A stretch of 64,000 bases of DNA from Octopus vulgaris (Eukaryota): the NCBI GenBank assembly GCA_951406725.2, contig OX597826.1:60512001-60576000 (forward strand), written 5' to 3'. The position numbers and the translations under genes were made by a program. How positions within the stretch are numbered: position 1 is the stretch's first letter; each line of letters begins with the position of its first letter. Below are positions 1 to 13,764 of the stretch, in pieces. The notes below the pieces were generated by a model that ran no database searches, was not told where the DNA came from, and saw only the letters and a list, made by a program, of their open reading frames with translations.

Positions 1-105
1 GTATACACGTATGTGTGTATATATAATAAGCATAGCTTTGCTATATATATTTATGCACCTGTACTTTCTTCAAAGTGTGTTTATATATATATATATATAT
101 ATATA

Positions 106-473
106 GGCGCAGTAGTGGCTGTGTGGTAAGTAGCTTGTTTACCAACCACATGGTTCCGGGTTTAGTCACACTGCGTGGCACCTTAGGCAAGTGTCTTCTA
201 CTATAGCCTCGGGCCGACCAAAGCCTTGTGAGTTGATTTGGTAGACGGAAACTGAAAGAAGCCTGTCGTATATATGTATTTATATATATGCGTGTGAGTG
301 TTGTGTGGCTGTGTTTGTCTCCCTAACATTGCTTGACAACCGATGCTGGTGTGTTTATGTCCCCGTACTGGGCTTACAAAAAGAATAAGTCCCGAGTTCG
401 AGTTGCTCGATTAAAGGCGGTGCTCCAGCATGGCCGCAGTCAAATGACTGAAACAAGTAAAAAGAATAACGAG
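106..473 (+). mobile_element. SINE family A (tRNA-like head, internal TA/TG microsatellite), near full length
   Basis: Box A-like TGGCTGTGTGG and box B-like GGTTTAGTCAC. Body and tail (GGCGGTGCTCCAGCATGGCCGCAGTCAAATGACTGAAACAAG) recur at 6895-7300, 31421-31824 and in partial copies. Confidence 0.85.
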
Positions 474-504
<31 letters not shown>

Positions 505-865
505 TAGTATGCAACTAGAACATCTTCCTGCCCCACCACTCTGCAGACATCCAGCTGTAGAATGAAAATGGTTATATTTCACCTATATTTCAATAAAGGG
601 AATTGGCAGACGAGACAAAATTTGTACTCTGTATGTATGGTGACCTATTCAGAGAAAGTGTCATCCATATATTATACATGAAGCACATGGATAACATTCC
701 AGTGCATGATACATCCATTATGGAGTAAACGAGAAAGACAAAGCGGTGTGGAAACGAATAAAATAAACCCATGTAGACATTAGATTCTGCGACTAACACA
801 TATGCAAACTATATTCAAAACTACAGCGGCGACGGCAACGATAGCAGTAGCAACGCACACACACT

Positions 866-915
<50 letters not shown>

Positions 916-917
916 AA

Positions 918-1227
<310 letters not shown>

Positions 1228-1228
<1 letters not shown>

Positions 1229-1459
1229 GCGGCGAGCTGGCAGAACCGTTAGCACGCCGGGTGAAATGCGTAGCCGTATTTCGTCTGCCGTTACGTTCTG
1301 AGTTCAAATTCCGCCGAGGTCGACTTTGCCTTTCATCCTTTCGGGGTCGATAAATTAAGTACTACTTACGCACTGGGGTCGATATAAACGACTTAATCCA
1401 TTTGTCTATCCTTGTTTGTCCCCTCTGTGGTTAGCCCCTTGTGGGTAGTAAAGAAATAG
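1228..1459 (+). mobile_element. SINE family B (B1 tail), monomer
   Basis: GGCGGCGAGCTGGCAGAA head, box B-like GAGTTCAAATTC, central GACTTTGCCTTTCATCCTTTCGGGGTCGATAAATTAAGTAC. More than 10 copies in the window. Confidence 0.85.
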
Positions 1460-1491
1460 ATATATTTATATATATGTATATATATATATAT

Positions 1492-1746
1492 ATATATAAA
1501 AAAGGAAATGAAGAAAATGCTGACAAATAATTGAAGTAATTTAAGTAATTTAATTAGGTGAAAGTTCTTTTTACCGGTTGCGCATTTGTTATGCTTATCA
1601 AAATATTTTGATAAGCATAACAAATGCGCAACCGTAAAAAGAACTTTCACCTAATTAAATTACTTAAATTACTTCAATTATTTGTCAGCATTTTCTTCAT
1701 TTCCTTTTTTATATATCACCACTCGTGTTCGACATCTCCTTTTTTT

Positions 1747-1750
<4 letters not shown>
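1492..1750. mobile_element. Fold-back Penelope-like pLTR remnant: 225-bp palindrome plus 34-bp tail, inserted in (TA)n
   Basis: Loopless palindrome 1492-1716 centred at 1604/1605 with one indel, unpaired tail 1717-1750, hammerhead-like motif in each arm. Confidence 0.65.
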
Positions 1751-1785
<35 letters not shown>

Positions 1786-1875
1786 GTACATTGATCTATA
1801 AACGTTGATATACAAGGCGCATGTTTAGCTGTGTTGTAAAACGCTTGCCTCATGATTCCTTGAGGCATGTATGAT

Positions 1876-1990
1876 TCCTTGGGCAAGTGTCTTCTACTAT
1901 AGCTTGTGGTCGACCAGAGCCTTGCTTGTGTGTACGTGTGAGAGGAGAGCGATAAAAAATTCGGTTGCATGAAACTGAAATAATCCCGTC
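1876..1990 (+). mobile_element. SINE A internal fragment
   Basis: CCTTGGGCAAGTGTCTTCTACTATAGC...GAAACTGAAA matches 181-260. Confidence 0.7.
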
Positions 1991-2183
1991 ACAAACACAC
2001 ACGCACACACATATAAAGATAATAATACCCACGCAAATATTTTAAAACGATATATTGAGAACAGTCACTACCTATGAACTTATTCAGAACAATGCCAATA
2101 AGTACAACTACAACCAGAACGGGTCACCTGACCATTTAAGATGATTCCACCAACATCCTACTACTGCCATACTACTCCCGCAT

Positions 2184-2443
2184 TTTTCTTCTTCTTCTTC
2201 TCCTTCTTCTTCTTCTTCTTCTTTTTCTTCTTCTTCTTCTTCTTCTTCTTCATCTATTTCTTCTTCTATTTCTCCTTCTTCTCCTTCTCCTCCTTTTTCT
2301 TCTTCTTCTTCTTCTTCTTCTTCTTCTTCTTCTCCTTCTTCTTCTTCTTCTTCTTCTTCTTCTTCTTCTTCTTCTTCTTCTTCTTCTATTTCTTCTTCTA
2401 TTTCTTCTTCTTCTTCCATTTCTTCTTCTTCTTCTTCTTCTTC

Positions 2444-2505
<62 letters not shown>

Positions 2506-2610
2506 TTCTTCTTCTTCTTCTTCTTCTCCCACTTCTTTTTCTTCTTCTATTTCTTCTTCTTCTTCTTCTTGTTGTTCTTCTTCTTCTCCTTCTTCTTCTT
2601 CTTCTTCTTC

Positions 2611-2646
<36 letters not shown>

Positions 2647-2660
2647 TTCTTCTTCTTTCT
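2184..2660. repeat. Compound (CTT)n/(TTA)n microsatellite
   Basis: Directly visible in the sequence. Confidence 0.95.
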
Positions 2661-3023
2661 CAACTACTACTGCTGCTTAAACAATCAAAAACAAGGATTC
2701 ATATCAAATATTAGGTCTACTACTACTACCTGTGGCCCACTACCTAGAACTCACAAGAGTAAAAAAGAGAGTCGGGGACAGACAGAAAAAAGGATTATGT
2801 CTCTTGCATTTGAAAGCTATGGAAATATTTCTAGACGACTGAGAACAAAGGTTCACCAAAACAGAAGCGTTCTGTCTCTGTTCCTGGTACTACTGAAAGA
2901 TTTAAGGATCCAACCTGTCACCCGCCTGCATAGTGCTGCCATTTGAGCAACGTTAGTTAGTTAGTTAGTTAATTTCGCTCAAAAGCAAATAGCAAGGCCA
3001 TGTAGGGGGACATGGAATGTTGC

Positions 3024-3132
<109 letters not shown>

Positions 3133-3192
3133 GATAGACAGACAGAGACAGATATAGACAGACAGACAAATATTAAGACTACTACTACCTGC

Positions 3193-3653
3193 GATGAAAA
3201 GCAAACTCGACCTCGGAGGAATTTGAGCTCAGAACGTAAAAGACAGACGAAATACCTATTTTTTTACTACCCACAAGGAGCTACACACAGAGGGGACAAA
3301 CAAGGACAGACAATCGGATTATATCGACCTCAGTGCGTAACTGGTACTTATTTAATCGACCCCGAAAGGATGAAAGGCAAAGTCGACCTCAACGGAATTT
3401 GAGCTCAGAATGTAAAGACAGACGAAATACCTATGTCTTTACTACACACAAGGGGCTACACACAGAGGGGACAAACGAGGACAGACAAACGGATTATATC
3501 GACCCCAGTGCGTAACTGGTACTTATTTAATCGAACCCGAAAGGATGAAAGGTAAAGTCGACCTAGGCGGAACTTGAACTCAGAACGTAACGGCAGACGA
3601 AATACGGCTAAGCATTTCGCCCGGCGTGCTAACGTTTCTGCCAGCTCGCCGCC
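3193..3653 (-). mobile_element. SINE B with tandemly repeated 175-bp module (two full plus one partial)
   Basis: GAAATAC anchor at 3249, 3424 and 3599 (period 175); single head at 3600-3653. Confidence 0.85.
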
Positions 3654-3729
3654 GTAGATGGAAATAATAATGTTTACATCTGATGCGTTAAAAATAAATG
3701 CTACACACCTTCTTTCATTGAATCGAACG

Positions 3730-4590
3730 ATAGGGTTTCAAATGACGGAAAAGGTTACCAGCGACATAGCAGCAAAAAGTTAAAATGCCTTAGAACGTTA
3801 CTAGGTACCAAAACATACAGACTGGAGAATTCCAAAGTACATTCGAGGCAGGGCCATGAAAATTTCTAGAAATTTCTAATCTGGCATTGTTAAGTGTGGT
3901 GTGTTGCTGAATCGTAACAAACTCTATGTGTATATAACTGCCGTTGGCCGGGCCTGTCCAAGGTGCACGAACATCGATGAGACAGTTCTGCACGCATTCA
4001 TTCAGTGTCCAATCATTGCTGACTTATACAGTTATATCAAAGAGTAATGAATCCGACTAACCGACAATTTTGTGACATTTTTGTATGGAATATAATATAC
4101 AATTGGCTTAATTAAATTTTTGGAAAGACATTAAACTATCACAGTTCTGGTGGCTCTAACGAAAGATGAGTGATGGGACTTAAAGGGATGAAGATAGGCA
4201 ACTTGTTGCTTATTAAAACCTTCATTAAAGCCCTCATTAAGTATTTCAAGTCACACTTGTAGTGAACAGTGTGAGAGAAGAGCGAAGTGCTACCTTCGAG
4301 TAAATTTGTGGAACGGTAGAAGTGGGCGGTAAGGATGATCTGAGTGGGCGGGCCTGGAATGCGAACTCACCTGCAACTTCAGTGGGGACGATAAAGAAGT
4401 GGCAGTTGCACCAGTGGTCAGAATTACGACAGTGTTGCGGGTTACCCAAGTGCAGCGTTGGGACGTTTCCCCAATTTTGGGAACTTATGTCTTGTTTAGA
4501 TTATGTGTTTCTGTTATTTTGAAAACCCACATTGAACTGTATTTTATTTTATTGTATCGTATTGTCCTGTACCGTCCTTGAGCTTTCTGT
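3730..4590 (+). mobile_element. Degraded L1/Tx1-like LINE 3-prime end
   Basis: 3901-4044 translates VLLNRNKLYVYITAVGRACPRCTNIDETVLHAFIQCPIIADLY, the CxxC-ET-xxH-xxxxC zinc knuckle of L1-clade ORF2. Stops nearby and a T-rich UTR-like end. Boundaries approximate. Confidence 0.7.
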
Positions 4591-5545
4591 AAATCCTTAG
4601 TGTAAGAAACATGATTATTATAATTACTATTGTTGCTGTTGTTGTTTTTATTGTCATTCATATTCTTTTTTATTATCATCATTATCATCATCATCATCAT
4701 CAACACCAACGATAACAACAAAAAGCACCTCATATTTGTTATTGTTATTGCTCGAATAGAAAGTTCTATTCTGTTCCCAGATTTAAGTCAGGCATCAATA
4801 TTCCCTATCCAGTTTATTTCAATATTACTGATAACTTGATTAACATAATATTTGATAAGGAATAGTTTAAGCAGTTCACTTTATATATCGAACCGCTGCA
4901 TGAAGTATTGATCATGCGCAAACTTAAGTCAATATGTATGTGTGTGCGTGTGTGTGCGTATTTGTGTATTAATGTATGTATTTATGGGTAAATACATATG
5001 TATATTTGTATGTAAGAGTGTATATCTCTATGTGTGTGTGTGTGTGTGTGAGTGTGTGTGTGTGTATATATACATATATATATATATAGTTATGTGCATG
5101 TGCGTTTTGTGTGAGTGTGTGGAAGTCAGTTAGTGCGCGTATCAGTGTGAGCGTGTGTATTTTTGCATGCATTACTATTATTTTCCGCTCTGCTCTGCTC
5201 TCCAGAGAAATTATTACATATTTCTGATGATAAGAAGAGATAAATATAAATAAAAGTGAACGTGAATATGAACAAAAATAATTTACTTCTAAATGCACAC
5301 ACGTATGCATACATACATATATATATATGCATATTATGTATATGTGCATACATGCATGTATGTATACACATGCACTCAGACGCACAACCAAATGTACATA
5401 AATATATTCTCATATACATATATATATATGTGAAACTAATGTAGAGATATAAAACAGTACTAGTCCTGTAGAAGCTCCTTCTATAAAATAAATATATTTG
5501 TATATATATATATGTACATACATACATATGTATGCATGTATGTAC

Positions 5546-5586
<41 letters not shown>

Positions 5587-5626
5587 TATGGGTATAAGTG
5601 TGTGTATTTGTATATGTAAATGTATG

Positions 5627-5657
<31 letters not shown>

Positions 5658-6073
5658 GGGTTTAAGTGTGGGTATGTATATATTTATATCTGTGTGCTCA
5701 CATGTAAATATCTTTACCTCTCGCTCCATCATTCTCTCTCTCCTGCTTTCTCTCCTCCCTTTTATCTGCCCCCTTTCTCTCTTTCTCTGTGCGTATATAA
5801 ATGCATATGATAAAACAGACATAAGTACACTTTTGTAATTATTTAATATTATAGAGAAAGTACTGCAATACAATGTATGCAGCATTAATATTTTTCATAG
5901 AACACAGGAATATATCAACTGCTTTATCAATATATCGCTTACAGGTCAGTGACAGTTTTATCTATTTCATCAATGCGTTCCTCTATCCCTTTACTCTGAA
6001 CTCCCTTTCTATCTGTTTCACACTCTCTCACTCTATCTACCCCTATCTCTCTCTCACTCTTTCTTGGTGTGTA

Positions 6074-6112
<39 letters not shown>

Positions 6113-6193
6113 ATATATCATGTTATTGATAACGCAATATACATATGCATTTACATACATATACTTATACATGTATACTTATGTACGTACATA

Positions 6194-6233
<40 letters not shown>

Positions 6234-6850
6234 CATATATATACATATAGGTGTGTCCTTCTTTTACCTATTACTTTACTGAAATATTCTTTCGTCTCCT
6301 CCATTATACATTCATCATTTCACTATATATGTGTGTATGTGTGTATGTGTGTGTGCCTGAACATTTGCGTGCGTGTATTTATGTTAAGTATATATCTATG
6401 TGTGCATATTTTTCTATATATATACATATATATGTAGATGTATGTATGTATGTATGTATGTATGTATGTATGTATGTATGTATGTATGTATGCATGTATG
6501 TATGCATGTATGTATGTATGTATGTATGTATGTATGTATGTATGCATGCATGTATGTATGTATGTGCTTTTGTTTATTTCTTACTTCATATTTTAGTTTA
6601 CTCGTTCTGTTATTTCTTTATTTTTCTATTTTACTCTTTTGCTTCTTACAATTTAATGTCAAAAGCCTTTGTAGTTCTCGAATTGTTTTCATCATCTCAC
6701 AGTTCCATGTTCGAACCTTCTGATAGAAATATACGCAAATATCTCTTTCCCTTGTTTCTGGCTGGACAATATTTTGTTAGCGAAATTTTCTTTTAACGGA
6801 CACTGCAACACACGCGCGCACGCATAATCACATGCACACACACGCGCACG

Positions 6851-6888
<38 letters not shown>

Positions 6889-6894
6889 TATATT

Positions 6895-7104
6895 TCTCTC
6901 TTTTCTCTTTACTTGTTTCAGTCATTTGACTGCGGCCATGCTGGAGCACCGCCTTTTGTCGATCAAATCGATCCCGGGACTTATTCTTTGTAAGCCCAGT
7001 ACTTATTCTATCGGTCTCTTTTGCCGAACCGCTAAGTGACGGGGACGTAAACACACCAGCATCGGTTGTCAAGCAATGCTAGGGGTACAAACACAGACAC
7101 ACAA

Positions 7105-7147
<43 letters not shown>

Positions 7148-7300
7148 CGACGGGCTTCTTTCAGTTTCCGTCTCTCAGTCCACTCACAAGGCATTGGTCG
7201 GTCCGGGGCTATAGCAGAAGACACTTGCCCAAGATGCCACGCAGTGGGACTGAACCCGCAACCATGTGGTTGGTTAGCAAGCTACTTACCACACAGCCAC
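6895..7300 (-). mobile_element. SINE family A
   Basis: Reverse complement of the 106-473 family, including the internal CA/TA array. Confidence 0.88.
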
Positions 7301-7691
7301 AATATATATATATATATTATTAAGTCACTTTCGTTCATATGTGACACCCAGTTTTTTTGTTCAAATTTACGTACAACTGAACAAAACAACGAATTCAAGG
7401 ATGTCTCACAATTGCTATAAGACTATAAACACGCTATGATATACATATCACTTTACACACAATTCTATGCTCGTGTAATTTATTTACTTTCTGTAACAGT
7501 TTATATTTTTCCCAGTTTATATTTTCTCCCTAAACATTCAGTTATTACACGCTATCATTTGCTATAGTAATCAAGTTTTGCTATATTCTTCTCTTATACT
7601 ATACGCTATGTATTATTCTTTCTAACGCTCCGATGTAACTGTTTGTAAAGTTTCCTTTTACGAATAAATAAAATGTATCACTCTACCTGAA

Positions 7692-7972
7692 GGCGTGTGG
7701 CTTTGTGGTTAGGTTTTACGTCTCACGAATGTAAGGTCGTGAGTTTGATTCCCGGCGACATCCTGTGTCCTTGAGCAAGATACTTTATTTCACGTTACTC
7801 CAGTCCTCTCAGCTGGCAAAAATGAGTAGTACCTGTATTTGAAAAGGGCCAGCCTTGTCCCACTTTGTGTTACACTGAATCTCCCTGAGAACTACATTAA
7901 GGGTACAGGTATCTCAGGTGTTTCTTTGATCGGATCAACTGGAACTCTTGTCGTCGTAAGCGATGGAGTGCA
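7692..7972 (+). mobile_element. SINE with a distinct tRNA-like head and a family C tail
   Basis: Head TGGCTTTGTGG...GTTTGATTCCC. From GTACCTGTATTT onward it matches the family C tail (...GATCGGATCAACTGGAACTCTTGTCGTCGTAAGCGATGGAGTG). Confidence 0.75.
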
Positions 7973-9832
7973 AGTTTAGTTTTGTATATCACTCTACTTT
8001 CATTATAAATTATTCTCTTTCTTCCCCCTATTTACACTAACATGTATAAAACTATCTATTGCTCACCGTGTACCAAGTGACACTATATAAACAGCTGAAT
8101 ATGTACGCGTGTTCTTTGCGTTTTTCAAACAAATATAGCTCCGTTCCATCTAAAAAGTACAACGTACAAGTACCTTATCGAAAGGTGGTTACACAATTTT
8201 TAGATGATTGAAGATTTGAAGAAAATTAAAACAGCATGTATACAGTTAGAGAAAATAAAATCTCACCTGGAAAACAATTTGGGATTACGAATAAAGAAAT
8301 GAACCTCAAGAGGCTAAGATCTCAAACCATTCGAAACAAATCGTTTCGAATTGTGGATAAGGAAGTACGTATCACTTTTCAAAAAAATATTTTAATGAAC
8401 AATTTTACATGTCGAGAAAATTAATCGACATGACACAATATGTTTTATGTTGACAGAAGCACACTCACCGATTATTATGCAATAACCTTAGTCATATTTT
8501 TCAAAGACTAATGTTTACCAACACATATAACGTCAAACACGCTTGTGCCAAATACATTTCGCTACCATCAGCACAACAGATTAGAATATTTAATACCAAA
8601 AACACAATTACTCTTTAAGGTAACAAAATTAGTTCTCTTAGTATCTCAAACATCACGTAAAGTAAACAGACTTATCAGTTTTAACATAGCAGTGTTCAGT
8701 ATTATTACCAAGAATATTCTTTTAATCTTACTATATTAAGAACAGACCAGTCCATTTTCTATCTCGGTATAGCAATGTAGTTCATCGGTATTCGTCAGTT
8801 TAGTACATATAATTACAAAAAACACAAACATTTCACGTAGTTTTGCATTGTAGTGTTTCGACCTTCATAATTAAGACTTATCGAAAACTTAAACGTTCCG
8901 AAAATAATTACACGGATTATCGAAATATACTGTGCTCACTTAGCATGCACAATGGAAAACCATTTGTGTTTTTCGATAACTAATCCTTGATAGATGGAAA
9001 CAGAAAAATAAAATCAATTGTTTGATGTTTCCATAGAATCCTGCAAAGGATATTTAAAAATCGTGGCATTTAATATTTTAAATTACCAGTCGAAAATATT
9101 CCCTAAGTTGAGCGGAGGTATGCAAAAAAAATACAGTGTCATAGTTATAGGAATATTCGGAAGTTAAAAATTAATTGAAAATAGATTATAAATTCATTTG
9201 AAGAAATATATGTCAAAATTACAAATGACTACCGACAAGAGAATTTTTAAAAATATTTTCTGAAATAAATTCATAAACGTAGAAAAAAGAATTCTAATAA
9301 AATATAACTTTATCTAAAAAAAATGTTGTGCGGACCTTCAGTCTTCTAGACATTCTGTTCCTGTTCTTTGTAAAAATACACTCATATTAATTTTGCATGA
9401 GGTTGCGTTTCGTTTATTGTTCATTTTTATAGTTATATGACATTCTTAGTAAAATCATACTTAACTTGCGCCGGCACATCTTTCATGTTCAATATAAACA
9501 AATTACATACGGTATAAAAATGTTCTATGCTCATTGTATATACCAATCTGTATCTATATTCATTGCTTGCTTAGAGATGCGGTAAGACAATTGCTGTGGT
9601 AATGAGTCTTGTTAAGGGAGAAGAATGAGTAAACAACTGTCCTAATATCTCCAGACAAAACATGACCCTTTCATTAATGGCATGCCAAATTTTTGAAGAA
9701 TTTTTTTGTTCCTGATGTGACGCATCCACGTTGGGCGGAGATAATTTTAATAAATCAGGAATATATACTTTGTGGTACGCTATATGCCAGCGTTTGTCTG
9801 TTTCTGAATTCATAAGCATCCCACTCTGAGTA

Positions 9833-9898
<66 letters not shown>

Positions 9899-10734
9899 AT
9901 GTGTGTGTGTGCACACACATATATATATAGAGAGAGTTAGAGAGAGCTAGGTAGATAGATAGATAGACAGATATACATTCATACATATAAACATACGTAC
10001 ATGTATATATATTTATATACATCCATGCATACACGTGTACATGCATGTAAACATACGAACCTGTATGCATGCATACATTCGTACGTGCATAAATTCATGT
10101 GTGTGTATCTCTAAGTACAGACCTATTATCAGCATATCGTTCTCCTATATTACGTTGTTTGCAGAATATTAAACGACTAAACGTACACATATTCTAATTA
10201 CATCTATCTTAAAATTGTTATTGACATATTAAGAAAACACAGCCTTGCATACACTGTGTGATAGGATTTATTACATTTATTCACCCACTCTTATATACGT
10301 ATAAATGTGTATAAATATTTGTATGGCTGTATGTATATGCACGGATATGAACTGTAAAAAATCGACATTTTATGGAAATAAAGATTTTGCTATCAGTTAA
10401 TATACTAACAAAACTAACACAAGTCATCTTGCGTTCTTTCAGCTAATATTCTGTTCGCAAATATATTCTGATGAACCATTATTTACATAAGGGATCATAT
10501 ACATCAAACTATTGTATACAGATGCATAACATTTCTGAAGCTCAGCGCTGTGCATGCACGACAGTGAGTAAATGTGCACTTCGATCTATTGTTGTTTTGT
10601 AAACGGATTTGCAAGTACATATAAATATACTTATAAACACACCCGCCCACAAGCATGTATATGTGTGTGTGTGTGTACGGGCATGCATGTGCGTGTGTGT
10701 ATGTATTTGAACATACATTCGTATATATACCAAC

Positions 10735-10953
10735 CAGGCTATCAGATGATGCTACACATCGCTAGTAACAATGCGCTTCGCATTGTTTTAGCCTTCAAAT
10801 GACGCTACGTCGCTAGCTAAGCGAGCAGGTCAACAGAAGAAAGAGTGAGAGAAAGTTGTGGCGAAAGAGTACAACAAGGATCGGCATCATCCCGGTCTGG
10901 GAATCGAAACCGCGATGCTACGACTGCGAGTCCGCTACCCTAAACACTGGGCC

Positions 10954-10955
<2 letters not shown>
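10735..10955 (-). mobile_element. SINE with a family C head (internally deleted) and a different tail
   Basis: CCCGGTCTGGGAATCGAAACCGCGAT and GAGAGAAAGTTGTGG are shared with 22474-22850; the 3-prime part is unrelated. Confidence 0.75.
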
Positions 10956-11026
<71 letters not shown>

Positions 11027-11244
11027 TACATAAAAGGCTTTTTGCCAACCTAATGTGGCAGTCATGGATGGGACGAATGTTACTGTTGTTTAGCCCTAGG
11101 AAACGTCGATATACGACACAATATCTATGTCCTTATATTTTGGAACAGAAGAGCTTACCACCTCCACCCAGCGCAAAGCAATATTTGTGGATCGATTCCT
11201 AGGTTCTGGCCCTTCATCAGCACAGAGTAACTGCTCGGCTAGAC

Positions 11245-11685
11245 GGTACTTCTGAATTCCCGTTCGAAAATATAAAATTTTCAACAGGATACACATAAAA
11301 TGATCTAATATATAGAAACAGTAGTATTTTTAAAATCTCTCAGAGAGAGATATTCACTAACAGTAATTTAAAGTAAAGGCAATTTGATAACATAATGTTG
11401 CAGTCCTGAATGAGTCGAATGATACTGTTTTTAGACTCAGGGAACGTGCTTTCCAGATAGCTATACGACACAATACCTGTTTCTTTGTATTTTCGAAGTG
11501 GGAAACTCAGCACCACCATCCAGCACAAAGCAACACCTGTGAACCGGTTTCTGAGTTACTGCACTTTATCAACACAAAATTCGGCGCTGCTGAATTCCTG
11601 TTCGAAAAAATACAATTTTCAAAGGGATATACAGTTCTAATAAATAGAAACGATATTATTTCTCAATCACTCAAAGAGAGATATA
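11245..11685 (+). repeat. Diverged ~100-bp direct repeat pair (11245-11353, 11586-11683)
   Basis: CTGAATTCC(C/T)GTTCGAAAA...TCTAATA...ATAGAAAC...AGAGAGATAT occurs twice. Confidence 0.75.
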
Positions 11686-11689
11686 TAAA

Positions 11690-11880
11690 CATGGAATTTA
11701 TAAACATTTAATGCATCGCTAAACGCGTTTTCACAAATCTCATGTCTCTTACGATCACAGTCTGTATTCTTGGGATAATTACAATGTAGTTCGAAGTAAC
11801 CGTCGGTATCGGTTAGTCCATCTACATGGACTCATTTCTTCAGGTGGCGTAACATTAATGGATGTACAACAGAGAGATGT
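11690..11880. repeat. Unclassified interspersed repeat, second copy at 59691-59880
   Basis: ATGGAATTTATAAA.ATTT.AATGCATCGCTA..CGCGTTT and collinear downstream similarity. Confidence 0.65.
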
Positions 11881-12064
11881 TTATCCCATTATAACTTTAT
11901 AAAGTTTGAGCGATTATTGTTATTATTCTATATATCTTACATTATATCGATACAGCTCCATGCAATCCCGCGAAACTGGTTTACTAGTCAGCATCAGTAG
12001 ATTGTGGTTGACATGAAAGAATTGGATCCTTACTTGCATATTCAAAACGTTTCCAATAAACAAA

Positions 12065-12109
<45 letters not shown>

Positions 12110-12134
12110 CATGCATACATATATATGTGTATAT

Positions 12135-12180
<46 letters not shown>

Positions 12181-12230
12181 GATATAGATATAGATATAGA
12201 TATAGATATATACATATGTATGTAGATATT

Positions 12231-12289
<59 letters not shown>

Positions 12290-12759
12290 GCACACACATA
12301 TATATTATATCTGTGTATCTGATTGTGAGGTGACAGTGTTTAAGTTGTTTGGTGAGATCCATCGCTTCTATTCCCTTACAGGCAGACCATTGTGTTCTCG
12401 AGGAAAACAATTAACTTCACGTTGTTGTGCGATCAATTCGACCTCTCACCTACGCCACACGTCGATTTGATGGAGAGGGTGAGCTGATATACGGCTGAAA
12501 AATTTACATCTGCATGGACAATTCTGTCACTTATAACTCATCTTCCTTGCGCCTATACATACATTCATACATACACACGTACATACGTAAACAAAATGCT
12601 TCATTTCAATAAACTATCTGTCCTCCGAACAAGGGCTTGACATACCATTATCGAAATAATAAGCCTTCCAATTCATTCTCTTCAGGACATTTTCTCTTTT
12701 GAGGTATTATTAGCAAGCCTATGTGAGTCAACGTCATAGGAAACATGAGATCCTCGTCA

Positions 12760-13050
12760 AAACTTTCTGTATGGATATACAGCAATGCAATCATTCAATG
12801 GCTCAAGAAAATTGAATGTGTAAATGCAAATTCATTCAGTTCGACATTGTGGAGCTTTACCTCTCGATCTAGAAAAATCTTTAAAAGGCCCTTGAGTTTG
12901 GTAAAACACATGTAACCGTCTGAAATACTGAGGTAGCCATAATTTTGAGTTCACATCAGTCATTACTTTTCAAGATGATTCCTATTGGGTGAAAAAGAAT
13001 GGGGATGAACTATTTCATGTCGTTATCCAGATTTATGATGCTGCATAAGT
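12760..13050 (+). pseudogene. Penelope-like reverse transcriptase fragment
   Basis: Frameshifted translation IIQWLKKIE / CKFIQFDIVELYLSI*KNL*KALEFGK...SHQSLL / FQDDSYWVKKNGDELFHV..IYDAA resembles the PLE RT motifs FDIxxFYPSI...RKSLLF...WxKK...FDVTMGSYDGAE. Confidence 0.75.
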
Positions 13051-13315
13051 TAGATGTCCTTTGGACGAGATTACACATGGATTTCACTGGTCCCTTAAAC
13101 GGATCATACTAATTAGTGGTAGTAGATACAGACATTTGTAACTATAAAAATCGAACCTCCAAAATTACGACAAACTTTCCATACATGCTGTTTGTGAGAT
13201 TTGTTGTTGCAGACAAAATGGTGTCTGACAATGGAAAGCAGTTTGTGTCTTTTGAGTTTAAAAAGTTTTGTAAAACTTTCGCCGGGAAACATGTGGCTAC
13301 GGTGCCAAAATGTCA
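13050..13315 (+). pseudogene. Ty3/Gypsy integrase core (rve) fragment
   Basis: WTRLHMDFTGPLNGSY*LVVVD...LFVRFVVADKMVSDNGKQFVSFEFKKFCK matches the WxRxHxDFAGP / VSDNGxQF motifs. Confidence 0.85.
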
Positions 13316-13439
13316 GAAACTCAAAAGATAGTGCTTATGGGAACTGTCTGTAACCTACGTAAAATAATGTCAATGTAATCTCAAATTTTAAAACAAATTC
13401 ATAATTTTCTCATGTTTTTCTTAAACATTCTCTAGAACA

Positions 13440-13566
13440 ACGCTATGTACAAAACCAAATATATGACACCCTAGGCATAACACCATCATGGAATTCTAAC
13501 TTGTCTCTTGAGGTCTCTGGGTGAGACTTGGAGTCAACTTGAACAATTACAAAGCAAAAGTCAAAC

Positions 13567-13625
<59 letters not shown>
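13440..13625 (+). mobile_element. Probable R4/Dong-like LINE 3-prime UTR with (TAA)n tail
   Basis: GAGGTCTCTGGGTGAGACTTGG shortly before a pure (TAA)n run; similar end at 37750-37815. Family assignment is inference. Confidence 0.4.
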
Positions 13626-13627
<2 letters not shown>

Positions 13628-13764
13628 GGAACACCCCTCGCACATGATGAAGGGTATGTGTTAGTCGTTACAAATGTTGTGACGTAAAAGTAGTCAGGAA
13701 GTCTGTCATAGATAGTCACGTCTTACTTGTGTAACTAACTATACTGTTATACTTGACATTGGAT

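Noticed and set aside
106-180. tRNA genes at SINE heads
   Set aside because: Box A/B are present, but there is no complete cloverleaf and each head continues into a repeat body.
2952-2970. Telomeric repeat
   Set aside because: The run is (GTTA)n, a tetranucleotide, not TTAGGG; more likely a retroelement tail.
3193-3653. CRISPR-like repeat/spacer array
   Set aside because: The units are wholly repeated SINE modules without unique spacers; no cas genes; eukaryotic context.
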